From assembly GCA_964234715.1 (NCBI GenBank), contig OZ174275.1: 64,000 bases of DNA. One strand, written 5' to 3'. Under the pieces are notes generated by a model that saw only the letters and a list, made by a program, of their open reading frames with translations, was not told where the DNA came from and ran no database searches. The stretch comes from Podarcis melisellensis. Lineage: Eukaryota. This document shows positions 40,471 to 52,545 of this stretch, in pieces. Each line of letters begins with the position of its first letter. The first letter of the stretch is position 1. Position numbers and translations under genes: made by a program.

Positions 40471-41830
40471 AATTAGTTTACATCTTGTCTTTGAGGCATG
40501 CAATTTACAGAATCAGAAAGAAGTCCTTCTGCCATCTACCACACAACACTCATCTGGGAAAGGGCAAGGGTGCTTGCCTGTTATTAAGAGCTTTCTGAGG
40601 CTTTTATTTGGGCCATAATTGCACTGAACAGAACACATCACTTGACTCTTCTAGCTCTTCCTTGGGTGGAGAACTAATCCGGCAGAGTTTTATATCAACC
40701 GAGGAGCTTGTCGGTCTACCAAATTATACCAGGAGATGGATATTCAAGACCACTGAGGTCTCATCAAGTCAACAGAATTGCTGAACTTGGATTTGGAAAA
40801 TCAAAGTCTTCTTGAGTCAGAGACTTGCCGTGAGCAAATTCCCATTGTTTGGCTTCAGTTATAATGAAAACAATAAAAAGACTGTGATACACTTTGTACA
40901 CTAACAGCACACTTGTCTACTCAGAAATTAATTCCATTATCTTCAACAGGGTTTACTCCAGGTAACTAGGTATAGGATTTCAGCCTAACATCGCATATTT
41001 TGCAGGGTGGACGTCCCAATGAACTGAGTGAGGCTACCAAGAAAATAAGCATTGTATTGGGCTGTAAAGGTGCTATAGCCTCAATTAATAACTATATTTT
41101 ATCCTATCAAACTTCACTGTGTGAAGTTGAAAAGCCAAGAAAGGTATTTTGTGTAATGCCTTTTACTTCCAAATATTCTACTAAATCTATTCACCATTTC
41201 TGTTGTTCTCCCTGCAGAGTCCCTGACTTTTTCAGGCACTTGCCATGAAGACAGAGAGAGAGAGAGAGAGAGAGAGAAGGAAGGGGAAAGAAAGGAACAA
41301 GAACATTGGTCATAAATCAAGCAAGCATGTGGCATATCCTTCAGATGAATCCATTTGAGCCACTTGTATTTTTTAGAGTGAGGCAGCAGTCATATTTTTA
41401 AAAAATATATGAAGGGGAAATTGCTAACAGTTTTTCACTGAGAAAGGCATTGAGGCTTATTAATAGTGGGCACCATGTTAATAAATGTTATGGTCCTCAC
41501 CGTATCCCTGCTCAGCTTCAGAGATATAGGCTAGAAAGGTTGATATATGGCCAAACCTACGATGGAGCAAAAGTTCTTAACATTAACTACAGAGTGTCAT
41601 GGCTTTTTACAGATTAGGAGACATGCATTTGTCAAAGAAGTCTCAAAGGAGGCAGCAATGAGGGTCAGATACACAGGCGTGCTGAATGAAGTCAACCCAT
41701 TCCCAGACTACACTACAATGAAGAGATGCATCATTCTCATTGTCCTCTAATGTAATTGTTCTTTGGGATATTCAGTTGCCACTTTGGTTCCTAATAATCA
41801 AGGGGAAATGTGTAAGAATCTTTCTTACCT

Positions 41831-42055
41831 ATTTATTGTGTTTCTATCCCACCTTTTTCCTCCAAGGATCTCAAGGTGGCCTTTATGGTTCTTCTCCCCC
41901 ACATTTAGTGCCACAACACAACCCTATGTGGTATGTTAGGCGGAGAGGCACTGACTAGTCCAAGGTCACTCAGTAAGCTTAATTGCTGAGTGGGGATTTG
42001 AATCCTGTTCTCTCATGTCCTAGTCCAAAACTAAACACTACCCTACACTGTCTTC
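41831..42055 (-). mobile_element. Older Squam3/MIR-like SINE
   Basis: Collinear similarity to 25593-25840 (ctcaaggtggc, ccacaaca, gactagtccaaggtcactcag, gtggggatttgaatcc, cactaccctacactg). Confidence 0.75.
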
Positions 42056-43256
42056 CCAGTATTCTGATCACTACTAACCCCCTTCAACTGGCTTTGTAGA
42101 CCATACCACCATGCCTCAGACTCTGACTTTTGTTGGAAAAGCACCCTTCAACTCTGCAATTCTACAAGTAGGCAAGGGTCTTGCTATTTTAACCATTGGT
42201 TTTCAACTGCATTGAAAACCATTTTTATTTAACTCTTCCAAAAAGAAGACAGCAGGCGCAAAGGAATAAGGAGCTCATTTTCCTCTACTAGCTATTGGGG
42301 GGGGGGGAGGGACTATGGCAGCTGCTGTGTTTTGCACACTGGTGGGGAGAGCTATTGCAATTCTCTCTTCTGCATGGCTAACAAATATCATTTGCATTAA
42401 ATAAGGGCGGGGGGGGAATGTGGCAGTAAGGTTCAGTATAAAGACCAAAAATGGAACGTTGTCTAATCCTAGATCAGAACATACAGTGTTCTACCTTTGC
42501 ATCCTCCAGGTAAAAAAATATATGAAGGCTATACTTCTAATCTTATACTTGGAAAATAAAATAAAAAATGTTTCGTCATAGGAAATGCTCAGATAAAAGT
42601 AAAAGTGTTGATTATAGGAAGTTAGAAACATTTGAGCTATGGGCAAGCTGCTAAAAACTTCTTTCACATCACAGCATTTTTTTGTTATACAGATGTGACA
42701 GCAATTATAGGAGGGGTCACCAAACTTAGGGGCTGTGGGCACATTTGAAATTATGTGAAAGTGTCACAAGCAGCACCCCTTTCAGCTTCACACACACACA
42801 CTTTGCTTTTCCAGCTAGGGTCTAGCTAGGGTCTAGCTAGAAGTCAGATCCAGTATAATTAAAATGGATCCCTTTAAATTTGCATATTTTTATGCCCCCC
42901 CCCCAAAGTGTAACAGATTAAAGCTTACATTGGTACACACAATAAAAACCAGAGATCCAGTAATTGCCAGCACAACAAAAAACATTGCTCCAAGGCATAA
43001 ATCCTAATAGAGCTTCATGATTTTTCCATGGTACAACAAAACCAGCAACAAATAACAGAAGAAAATGTCCACACATAAGAGGCTATCAGCTGATGGTGGT
43101 TCTGAGGGAATTAGCAAACATTATGAGAATCTATATGGTTCTGTGAATCTGATTATGTTTTTGCACCACGGCAGAACCTACGAGCACTGGATCTGTGATT
43201 CTTACAGTTCAGTCAATAGCGACTGCTGGTGGCTGGAGCGTGTGTGTGAATAAGCC

Positions 43257-43562
43257 TCTCCACCCTCATCGTTCAGCACGGAGACAAGGTCAAGCTCCAA
43301 GGGCCTTATGGCACCTCCCTCCCTGCAAGAAGCGAGGTTACAGGGAACCAGGCAGAGGGCCTTCTCAGTAGTGGCGCCCGCCCTGTGGAACGCCCTCCCA
43401 CCAGATGTCAAGGAAATAAACAACTATCTGACTTTTAGAAGACATCTGAAGCCAACCGTGTATCAGGAAATTATTAATGTGTAATGTTTTACATTTTTTA
43501 ATGTGCTGCAAGCCACCCAGAGTGGTTGGGGAAACACAGCCAGATAGGTGTGGTATAAATAA

Positions 43563-43592
<30 letters not shown>
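43257..43592 (+). mobile_element. L2 LINE 3' end (same family as 35968)
   Basis: Near-identical cagggaaccaggcagagggccttctcagtagtggcgcccgccctgtggaacgccctcccaccagatgtcaagg block and a (TTA)n tail. Confidence 0.92.
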
Positions 43593-43594
<2 letters not shown>

Positions 43595-45209
43595 GCCACT
43601 TTTTCGAGGGACTCTGTTCCACTGGATATGACAGGTGTGTGACTTCCCTCTGTCTTTGATACACCATCCCCCTGCTCCATTCTTCTGACACTCTACTTTC
43701 TCCTCCTCCCTCTGCTGCCTTCCCCAGATCATTCTGCTTTCCCTCCTACCTTCCTGGGTCCTTTTTCAGCAGGGTGGGAAAGTAATCACACATTCTACCT
43801 CATGACAAAGGAGGCACTGGAACTGGTGACAGGGCGCAGTCTTCACAGGCACCAGATAACATCCAAAATGGCACAACTGCATCTTGCGATGCACCAATGG
43901 AGACCACAGAGTTACATCATTTGTAAGGTGTTCACCACATCACACCTGCCTAGTTACATCTGCTTGTGATGCTTAGAAGAGTGACTGTCCACATGATTTA
44001 CAAATGCATGATAGTTACAAATACATGAGACGATTCTCTATCTCAACCAAGAGAGAGAGGGAAGATATTCTCTCTGTCTCTCTCTCAACTACTCTCCTTC
44101 CTATATATTGAACACACACACTTTTCAATATGAACTATTAAATATATGATTCCCGCCCCCCACAGGCATATTCTCTTAGAATTCATAACTACTTTGCAAA
44201 TAAAAAGGCAGTTGAACAGGGACTTAAAATATATCAAAAGCAATGAAACCTCTCAATGGGGGGAAAAGGGAACTGAAATTGAAATTGGTCTTCTAAATAT
44301 AAATAAAACTACTTATTTGGTTTCTTTCAGAGGGAGTGCTGCGGGATTGCCCAAAGGATCATAAAAAATAGATTGTGACAAATATGTATCTTATTTTTCA
44401 TATTTCATAAATAGAATCTGACTTATTATTTATATTATTTGGGGAAAATAAGCTGGAACATACACATTTGCACACAGTGTGCTGTTTCGTGCAGACCTTT
44501 TCTCTCCACAGCTTGTAATGAACTGCAAAAATATGAACTGCAAGGTGGAACAAAAATTAGAGAGCAAATGTCTCAGAGTAACAAATACATATTTTATGTT
44601 TTCTGTAGGCTTTCTTTATGCTAGTTGGACCCATAACTGCATGGCACTTTCAGACCCATAACAAAAATTCCTAGGCTCCAAACTTCAGGACAACAGATAA
44701 AATACAATGCTTACTGAGGGGAAAACAAAGGTGCTATTCAGAAAGTATGAGGTGGGCTGCCTCCTGTCTACTTCTATTTCAGCCTGCATGTTGTTATTCA
44801 GATTAGTTCACTATTTCTATAACAAAAAAAAATCACTCCATTTGTAAACAGACCAAGTACTAAATATCTATGCCTAACAGTCAAAATCATTTGCTTTGAA
44901 TAAGTTGATTTCTTACCTTGCTCAACACAGACAGCTTTCTTCTTCCCTTTTTTTCAACAGGATACACACACACACCCCTACACAAAACTGAAATGATATC
45001 CCTGGGGAACACTGTAAGTGAGGTGTGAGTTAAGGGAATTAAATAACTGACAGTTCCTCCAACCCAACTTAAAGATAACTCTCCTATTCACCTCTTTCAT
45101 AATAGCACAGAACACAGCCTATTGGGCCAGTATTGTCTATATGGACAAGCAGTGCCTCTGCACCATTTCAAGCAGCAGTTTCCCCAAGCCCTACTTGCTT
45201 CCCTTTTCT

Positions 45210-45723
45210 ACCTTGCCTGCTGATTGCAGCATCTGGGCTTGACGAGGCATGCGACCCTCACCTGTTCTGAGACTACTCCTGCTGAGGAATCCCAGAGCTA
45301 GCGAGCCCCACCTGACCAGCTGTAGACCCTTCCCTGCCTCAGCCTCCTAAAGCTCCCTATGCCTCAGAGCCCTCTGTGTTCATGGACACGGGTCTCTCTG
45401 GTGATGGGTCCTGCTGTTCTGGTTCCTACCCACTGACCGCCATCCCCTGTCACTCTGTGAGTACTTCCTATACCAGGCATAGGCAAACTCAGCCCTCCAG
45501 ATGTTTTGGGATACAACTCCCATCATCCCTGACCACTGTTCCTGTTAGCTAGGGATGATGGGAGTTGTAGTCCCAAAACATCTGGAGGGCTGAGTTTGCC
45601 TATGCCTGTCCTACACCAACCTCTCCTTCCCGATCCCCAGCTCGCCCCTGTGGGTCCCAGTCCCGGCTGCACTCCACGCCGGGATCCTCTTCTTCCTCCC
45701 CATCAGCCTGCCAGTTCATGACA
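45210..45723 (-). mobile_element. LTR-like fragment interrupted by a MITE
   Basis: Minus strand starts TGTCATGAACTGGCAGGCTGATGGGGAGGAAGAAGAGG; GC-rich, purine-rich body continues on both sides of the MITE. Confidence 0.45.
45474..45608. mobile_element. 135-bp palindromic hAT MITE with 8-bp TSD (same family as 28533)
   Basis: CAGGCATAGGCAAACTCAGCCCTCCAGATGTTTTGGGA ... TCCCAAAACATCTGGAGGGCTGAGTTTGCCTATGCCTG. Flanks TCCTATAC / TCCTACAC. Confidence 0.93.
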
Positions 45724-46053
45724 GCACCAGTTCTAGTTGCATGCATCTTCCAGTCCCACACACCTCACCAGTCCTCCTCCCTAAGATGAAGTGCAGACTG
45801 ATATAAATATGTGAGTTATTGGTATAAATGGAAATTGTGAGGGTGAACAACTGAACTTAGTGATTCAAACGCCAGGATCAGGAAGTCACCATCTACCCAA
45901 CTAGACTAAATTTCATTTCTGAGGAAGCTTCTCATCAAGACTAAGTAAGAGACAAAAGTTACCGTATGTGAATTCAGCAGCCTGCCTGGTCTCATGAATG
46001 CTGTGTATATATATGTATATATTCAAAATGAGATATCAGCTTGAAATACATGT

Positions 46054-46197
46054 TAGGAACAAAGGAAGCTAGCTAATACTGAATTAATATTGTCTGCACT
46101 GACTGGCAGCAGTCATTCCCAGCCCTAGCTGGAGACTTTGGAGACTGAACCTGGGATCTCTCACATGCACAGCACTATCTCTATCGCTGAGCTATCC
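46054..46197 (-). mobile_element. Old tRNA-derived SINE (Squam2-like)
   Basis: Minus strand GGATAGCTCAGCGATAGAG...cccaggttcagtctcc...ctgccagtcagtgcagacaata...agcttcctttgttcct. Confidence 0.6.
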
Positions 46198-48271
46198 ACC
46201 CACCCAATCAGTGTTGTGATTGACTGCAAATAGGATAAGCGCCTTGGAGTAAAGCCCAATTCACAATAAAAGAGTACCGTAAGTATTACACTGAATTTCT
46301 TCAAAAGGAAACCTAACCCAGGTAAATGCTACACCCCTGGAACTTTTCACTGTTCATAGAATTGGAGTGGGTATAAGGACTCATTATTTGTGAACATAGT
46401 CAGCAGTAATGTCACCAGGCAGGAGTGCTAGAAAACTGCATTTGAAGAGTATGTAATATTAACTATTAATGGATAAACTATAGTATAAATAGGACCCATA
46501 ATTGGACCAAACTATTATCTGTATTCCAAATGCAGATGTAATAAATTCAAAGTAGTTTCAAAACTATGATGACGTAAATGACTCAAGTAACAATATACGT
46601 TTCCTTTCATGCTTTCTTATTTGTGTTCGACCACCTTCCATCCAGTGTTTACTCCATTTTTAAAACCAATTTATTCTTGAAACAATTTGACAGCTAAGAA
46701 GATGGAAACGTGACCCATAGCCTCTCCATTTTGTTTATAGGTTTATCCTTCTCAGACTGACAGTTAAGAAAATGGCAACATAACATCTTAAAATGAACTC
46801 AGCATTTGAAAAAAACTTTTCTGACCTATACTACTGAAAGAGGAAATATTTATCATGTATAGTAAAGTTTGAGAAAAACAAGGCACAAGACTATCTGTGG
46901 AATCTTAGTGATTCTTTGGAGGGTGCAAAGGAACAACAGTTTTGCTCTTAACAGTAACAACCATCACAGAGCGTTGAAAAACCATGTATGCTCTTCACAG
47001 AAAACATTTTTTCCAGCTTAACTGGAAAATGTTTATTTCACATAGAGTATACACTTTTCAAAAGCAATGCAATACATTCTTTCCAGATGAATTATCCAAA
47101 CAAGGCTACATACACAATTTATTGTTCTTGTTTCTAAATGTGTATTTGATATGTTTGTGCTCTTTGGAGCTTTGGTTTATCACCTTTCTTGATTATATTA
47201 GGGAAACATAATTGAGTTAAAATATAAGTTAAGAAAAAAATATTGGGATACTGTACAATCCTATGGCCTTGCTGCTTATTAGTTTTCAAATGTAGCTGCA
47301 GCAAATTATTTGAAGTTACTCTGACATGTGGGGGATTTATTTTTCACCTTTCAAGCTATCTGAAGGAATATGAAGGTGATCTGCACAGAATACATCCAAG
47401 ACCTGCTAGTCCCCTTAAAATACCATGCTGAAACATCAGTGCTATAAACAGCCTCTGGAAGGTGACACTTCTGTGAATGTCACCAAGCTTATGGAGCTAA
47501 ACTGTAATTTGCCCATTAATCTCCAATACTTTTGCTAACATGGGCTAATAAAGGCTAAGCTTGCTAGCACCCATGAAATCATTACAAAACCTAGCAGCTC
47601 TCCAGAATTTTCATAAATGAGAAGTGTTTTCTAAAAACAAGCTACAATTAAATTGAAAGAGAGAGAAACAAAAAAAGAGAGAGAGGGGATACTGTAGCTG
47701 CTACAGAACTGGCGAATGAATGCCAACACTGCAACAGTGCCAAAGAGGCCAATCATTCTGTGATGGCAGCTCCATGATTACTAATTATCAGAAGGTGAAT
47801 CAGAAACAAACTGACATATAACTGCTGGTGGCAATTCTTTTTGTTTCAAACACAACAGACAAATATAAGAGGCCTGCTGAGAATAAGCATACTTCAGCTG
47901 ATTCATCCACTTTTTGGCCCAAAGTATAATCTGAAGGGGTCATACAATATTTAAAATTAAAAGGGCATAGGAGTGCCCCTTTTAGCAAAAAAAATTAAAA
48001 ATGCTTCTACCATAATAAACCTCAATGTTCTATAGCTTACTAAAAAGGGACTTGTTGTGCTTGAGACTTTGTGTTTATGATCTACCTGATATAAGGCCTA
48101 TGAATGTGCCAAATTTCAAACAGATCCGGTACAAATTGCCACAGGCATAAGAGGCTTTTAAATGCTCAGAACTGACATGTTGACTCCTTTTACTACAATG
48201 TTTATACAGGTACCCCATATAGTACTTTCTCATGAAAACTAATGTGCTTTATTCAGTCTTGCTGGCGTAGA

Positions 48272-48397
48272 CATGGGGTGGCATTCAAGTAAGTTTTACT
48301 CAGAGTAGGACCATTGAAATTAATGAACATGACTAAATTAGGCACATGCATTTTAATGAGTTTACGCTGAGTAAATCTTAGTTGAACACCACCCATG
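48272..48397. repeat. Imperfect 126-bp palindrome (MITE-like)
   Basis: gggtggcattcaagtaagttttactcagagta pairs with tacgctgagtaaatcttagttgaacaccaccc. Confidence 0.75.
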
Positions 48398-49844
48398 ATT
48401 TCATTGGTTTGACAAAGTTCTGAGCGTTCCAACGTGTTTGTGCCCTGTTAAAGCCTGTGGCAGTAACTACTGACAAAATAATACATTGCACATGTATTAT
48501 TTGAAGCAAAATTTTGAAGCAAAAATTTGCAGGGAGTTCAACATTTACAGAGGGATGCTATGTGCAATGCCAGTTCCTTCTGTTATTGAATATGACTGTG
48601 TGATGGAGCGATCAGATATGGGGATGTTACCAACCTTTTGGAGGCCCACAGATATACCTGAAAAAAACTATCATGGAGAACCGTACCCCACAATCCTGAG
48701 TGCTCCCGCTGCAGCTCCACACACATCAACACATCCCTGTAAGCCTAGCTCACACGCTCCAATACCCTCCTCAACCTACAACCTGACAGAAACAGAAACA
48801 ACACTTTCAGCAGACTCTTCCTGTACATTGATCCATGAATGCTATCACCAGCCACAATGGCACTCCCCTACCTAGTAGACAGTCCTTTAAAATCCATCTA
48901 AGTTAGTATTCTCTTAATGACAGTGACTACTCAGATGCATCTGGGTGATCCGAAATGTGTATCTGGGTGATCAGAAAGAAAAATCCTATAGGAGATATAG
49001 TGCCAATGGTAACAATGCAGATCTGTTAGTCAGGTGCGGCTAGGCCAGTGAACAGATGGATCATGGCCACAGGCTACAACTGCTTCTGCAATGAAGCCAG
49101 GTTCAGGTACAAACGGGCTCCCAATTAAAGGGAGTTGTGTAATACAGAGGCTACAACTGAAAATGCCTTTTGAGTTCTGATGTGACCTTCAAGTTCTGAG
49201 CTTGAGGCATACTTGGCACTTCCAACCTTCAGGGCTGCAGTATGGCCTTCAATGTCCCTCTTCCCTTATGGGTTACACATGCTGTTCTGTGATGGAAATG
49301 CTAAAGGCCTTTTACTCCACCTAATTCAGAATATTTTTTCAAGTGGTGTAACAGCTGCTTTGGGACTCAATATTTTCCGGCCTCTGCACAGTGAACAATT
49401 TTTCTGTAATAGGTTTTTCAAACCCTAAAGTTTGCCTATGTGGTGCCAGGTAATTTAAGGGCCCACTAACAAGCCAATCATTGCAGGAATGCTTTCTTCT
49501 TTTATTCAACATTTTGTTTCACTCCCACCTGACCTATTTCCACCTGCAGCAGCCTATTTTAGCTGAGCTGCAGTTTGTTAGCTAGTGATATTTTTTCCAT
49601 TGATTCAAACTACCATCCTGGGCAAAGTTGGACAATATAGAGAAAATGCAAGTTATTACCATTCCAAAGAGTAAGAGAGGCTGTTAAAGGATTTGCAGTC
49701 ATTAATTAAAATGCCAAATGTGTAATGTCCTTAAGAGCTGTTATGGAACTTTTCAGATGCCCAACTACAACACAAACTTTTTTTGAAAAATGGTCCATAA
49801 AATCTCTCTTCCCTTACACTTCTTCCATGCAGAGAAGCCAGATG

Positions 49845-49922
49845 CATATTCCTGCATTGCAGGCAGTTGGACTAGATGATCCTTGGGATCCCTTCCAACT
49901 CCACAATGATTGTGTGATTCTA
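49845..49922 (+). mobile_element. 3' half of the CR1-tailed SINE
   Basis: attcctgcattgcaggcagttggactagatgatccttgggatcccttccaactccac...gattcta. Confidence 0.7.
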
Positions 49923-51826
49923 GGAAGCTTTTTAACTGTACCCTGCTCAAACCAGTACAGTGGGGCTTCAGGTCGGGTTTGCTTTGCCTTGTCCCACATC
50001 TCAGATTTCAAGTAACCCACTAAGCCCCTCATGCCTCCCAATCCTTGGACATTTTGTATGCATAGTAAAACCCTAATATTTGTTATATGCTTGAATTATG
50101 AAAATGATTGCTTTGTAAGAATACTACAGCAAAAGCCTCCTCTTTCACCATATGCAGAATACAAGGGAGCATTGCAAAACTATCACTAGGATGTACAATC
50201 CTCATTAAATGACATATTATTTATATTAATCTTTCTCTTTTCAAACTACACAAAGTCCTTCTCAGAAGCAGGGAGCCTGGGCATATAAAATAAGGCACAT
50301 AAAGTAAGGCACAGATATAAGCCCTGAGTTAGAGCCATTTCAAGTTGAATGGGGACATGTAAATCCTGCTGATGTGTTAAGTGTAAATCGTCTTGAAAAT
50401 CATGCTCTGCTTCAGCATATATGCAAGGGTCAGAGGAACACCTCAGATTTGAGATCCCACCTGCCCTTGCTTGATGTGGTAAATACATAATTTTCTACTT
50501 ATATTACAAGTTAACCCCTTAATCGATAACCCAGTTCATAATCTGAGGTACATTCTGGGTGCCATAATATAAAGCCAAAGGTATAGTAATCAAGACTGAT
50601 TGATTGCTGTTGGCTTCCTCTGGAAATATTGTTAACTATTTTGTTTCTTAATGCCCATTTTTATGTTGTTAGGTTTGAATGAAACTGTGCTGTTTTATGT
50701 ATGATACAAGATATTCAGTCGGTCAGAAATGACTTATCTGACTTTTCCGGGGATGAAAATACTACAAAAGGTCATTTGACATTACTTATCTTCCTAGTGT
50801 TAGCTTAGTAGTAGCAGAGAAATATTTGGAAAAGATATATGTGGTATATCTTGTTAGGGGGGGGGAGCAAGTAGAACTTACTGTTAAAATAGAAGTCCTA
50901 ACATTCTACATACACTTCTACAGTAGAAGGCATATCAAACCCAGTTACTGAGATGAAGCAGCCTTCAGGATGAAGTGCCGTGGCTGTACTTGACGAACAT
51001 GAGCTATAGCATTGCATGCAAGTGTTTTGTATAACTTCTTGCTCAGCATAAAATCTTGCTCTTTTAAATATAACAGCGGTAAGTTCAGTTCTCAGGTGCT
51101 CTCATTTGCCAAAGGAAGTCTGTCTGCTGCATTCCTTGTGTGCTCTGCATGAAAAATTTATATGACTTCTTGAAATGGGTTCTAAAATTCTACAAACCCA
51201 TGATCAAACTTCAGTACATAAAAAGCTTATATATCACATTTTCATCCACTGATGCTAATGCATTAGCTTACAGTATCAGGAGGAGAGACTCTGAGAACTA
51301 AGAAAAAGCCACCTATACCAGTAAATATGAGGGAGGCTGCACGGAGTAAATTATCTGCAGGAGACAGATGTCAGGGGTTTGATTAATGGATCAGAGCAGA
51401 AAAAAGAGGAAAAGACCTCTTACCATCTCTTTAAATTGCTGCATTTGGACAAAAGACATGGTAAACCTCCCACTTAGGTTTGCAGATCTAGCAGTACCTG
51501 AACTTATCCTGAACTTTTATATGGAAACGTTTATGTATAGCAACTTGTCAGATCATTCTGTGGTCTCTATAGCAGCAATCATGACACAAATTGCAGTATC
51601 CGGTAGCTGCTGCCAAATACTAGGAACCTTAGGGCTGACTTATACAGGCATGTTAATCATTTGACAGCATCAAGTGATCACACATCAGACACTAGAAACA
51701 GAATGTTTGTGTTGTTTTCATTTCCGGGCGCAGAATGGCACTTCTAGAATCCATGGCTTCTGCTTGGAAGGCAAATTTACAGCAACTACAATCCCACAAT
51801 CCTTTGCAAGAAGTGATGCTCATTAT

Positions 51827-52066
51827 TTCCACAGCAGTGGACCCAGGGAGGAATGACCACTGGGAGGAGCGCAGAGAGAAGCAGCTCTGTGGTGCACCTG
51901 TAGCAACAAAACCAGATGCCTTCATCTGTGCCACCTGCTGTAAAACATGTCTCCCCCATATCGGCCTCTACAGCCACAGCAGGCGCTGTAAGTTTCAGTG
52001 GTTTGACTTTTTCCTCAAAGATGCACTCTTCCATTGTCTCCCGAGACAGGCGGATGCCAACAACAA
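51827..52066 (+). mobile_element. RTE-clade LINE 3' end
   Basis: C-terminal zinc-finger-like FICATCCKTCLPHIGLYSHSRRC, 3' stem-loop TGTCTC-cc-GAGACA and (CAA)n tail. Homologous to 57372-57992. Confidence 0.8.
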
Positions 52067-52319
52067 TTTTCAATTTAGTGACTGTCCCTAGTGAACTCTC
52101 CCTGTTATATACTCCCTCTTTTGAAGGTTTGTGTGTGTTTCACTTGGGAATGAGGGGAATCTGCAGAAGGAGGAGAACTTGCCCCCCACCCCACCATTTT
52201 CCTTGGAGAGAAAAAGTAGATTCCGAGGCAAGTGAAAAAATGTTTTTCCCCATCACTAGTGCAAACTGTAAAAACTGCACAGGCACTTATCAGTGGACTA
52301 TTAACGCATTATTAAAATA

Positions 52320-52545
52320 CAGTGGTATGTTGGGTTAAGTACTTAATTCGTTTCGGAGGTCCGTTCTTAACCTGAAACTGTTCTTAACCTGAAGTACCAC
52401 TTTAGCTAATGGGGCCTCCTGCTGCCGCCGCGCTGCTCGAGCACGGTTTCTGTTCTCATCCTGAAGCAAAGTTCTTAACCCAAGGTACTATTTCTGGGTT
52501 AGTGGAGTCTATAACCTGAAGCGTATGTAACCCGATGTACCACTG
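52320..52545. mobile_element. Tigger/pogo-like MITE with TA TSD
   Basis: TA|CAGTGGTATGTTGGGTTA ... TAACCCGATGTACCACTG|TA, with repeated TTCTTAACC motifs. Confidence 0.88.

Noticed and set aside
51735-52091. 118-aa ORF with a zinc-finger-like motif as a possible ZNF gene
   Set aside because: It is the C-terminus of an RTE LINE ORF fused by chance to flanking sequence.
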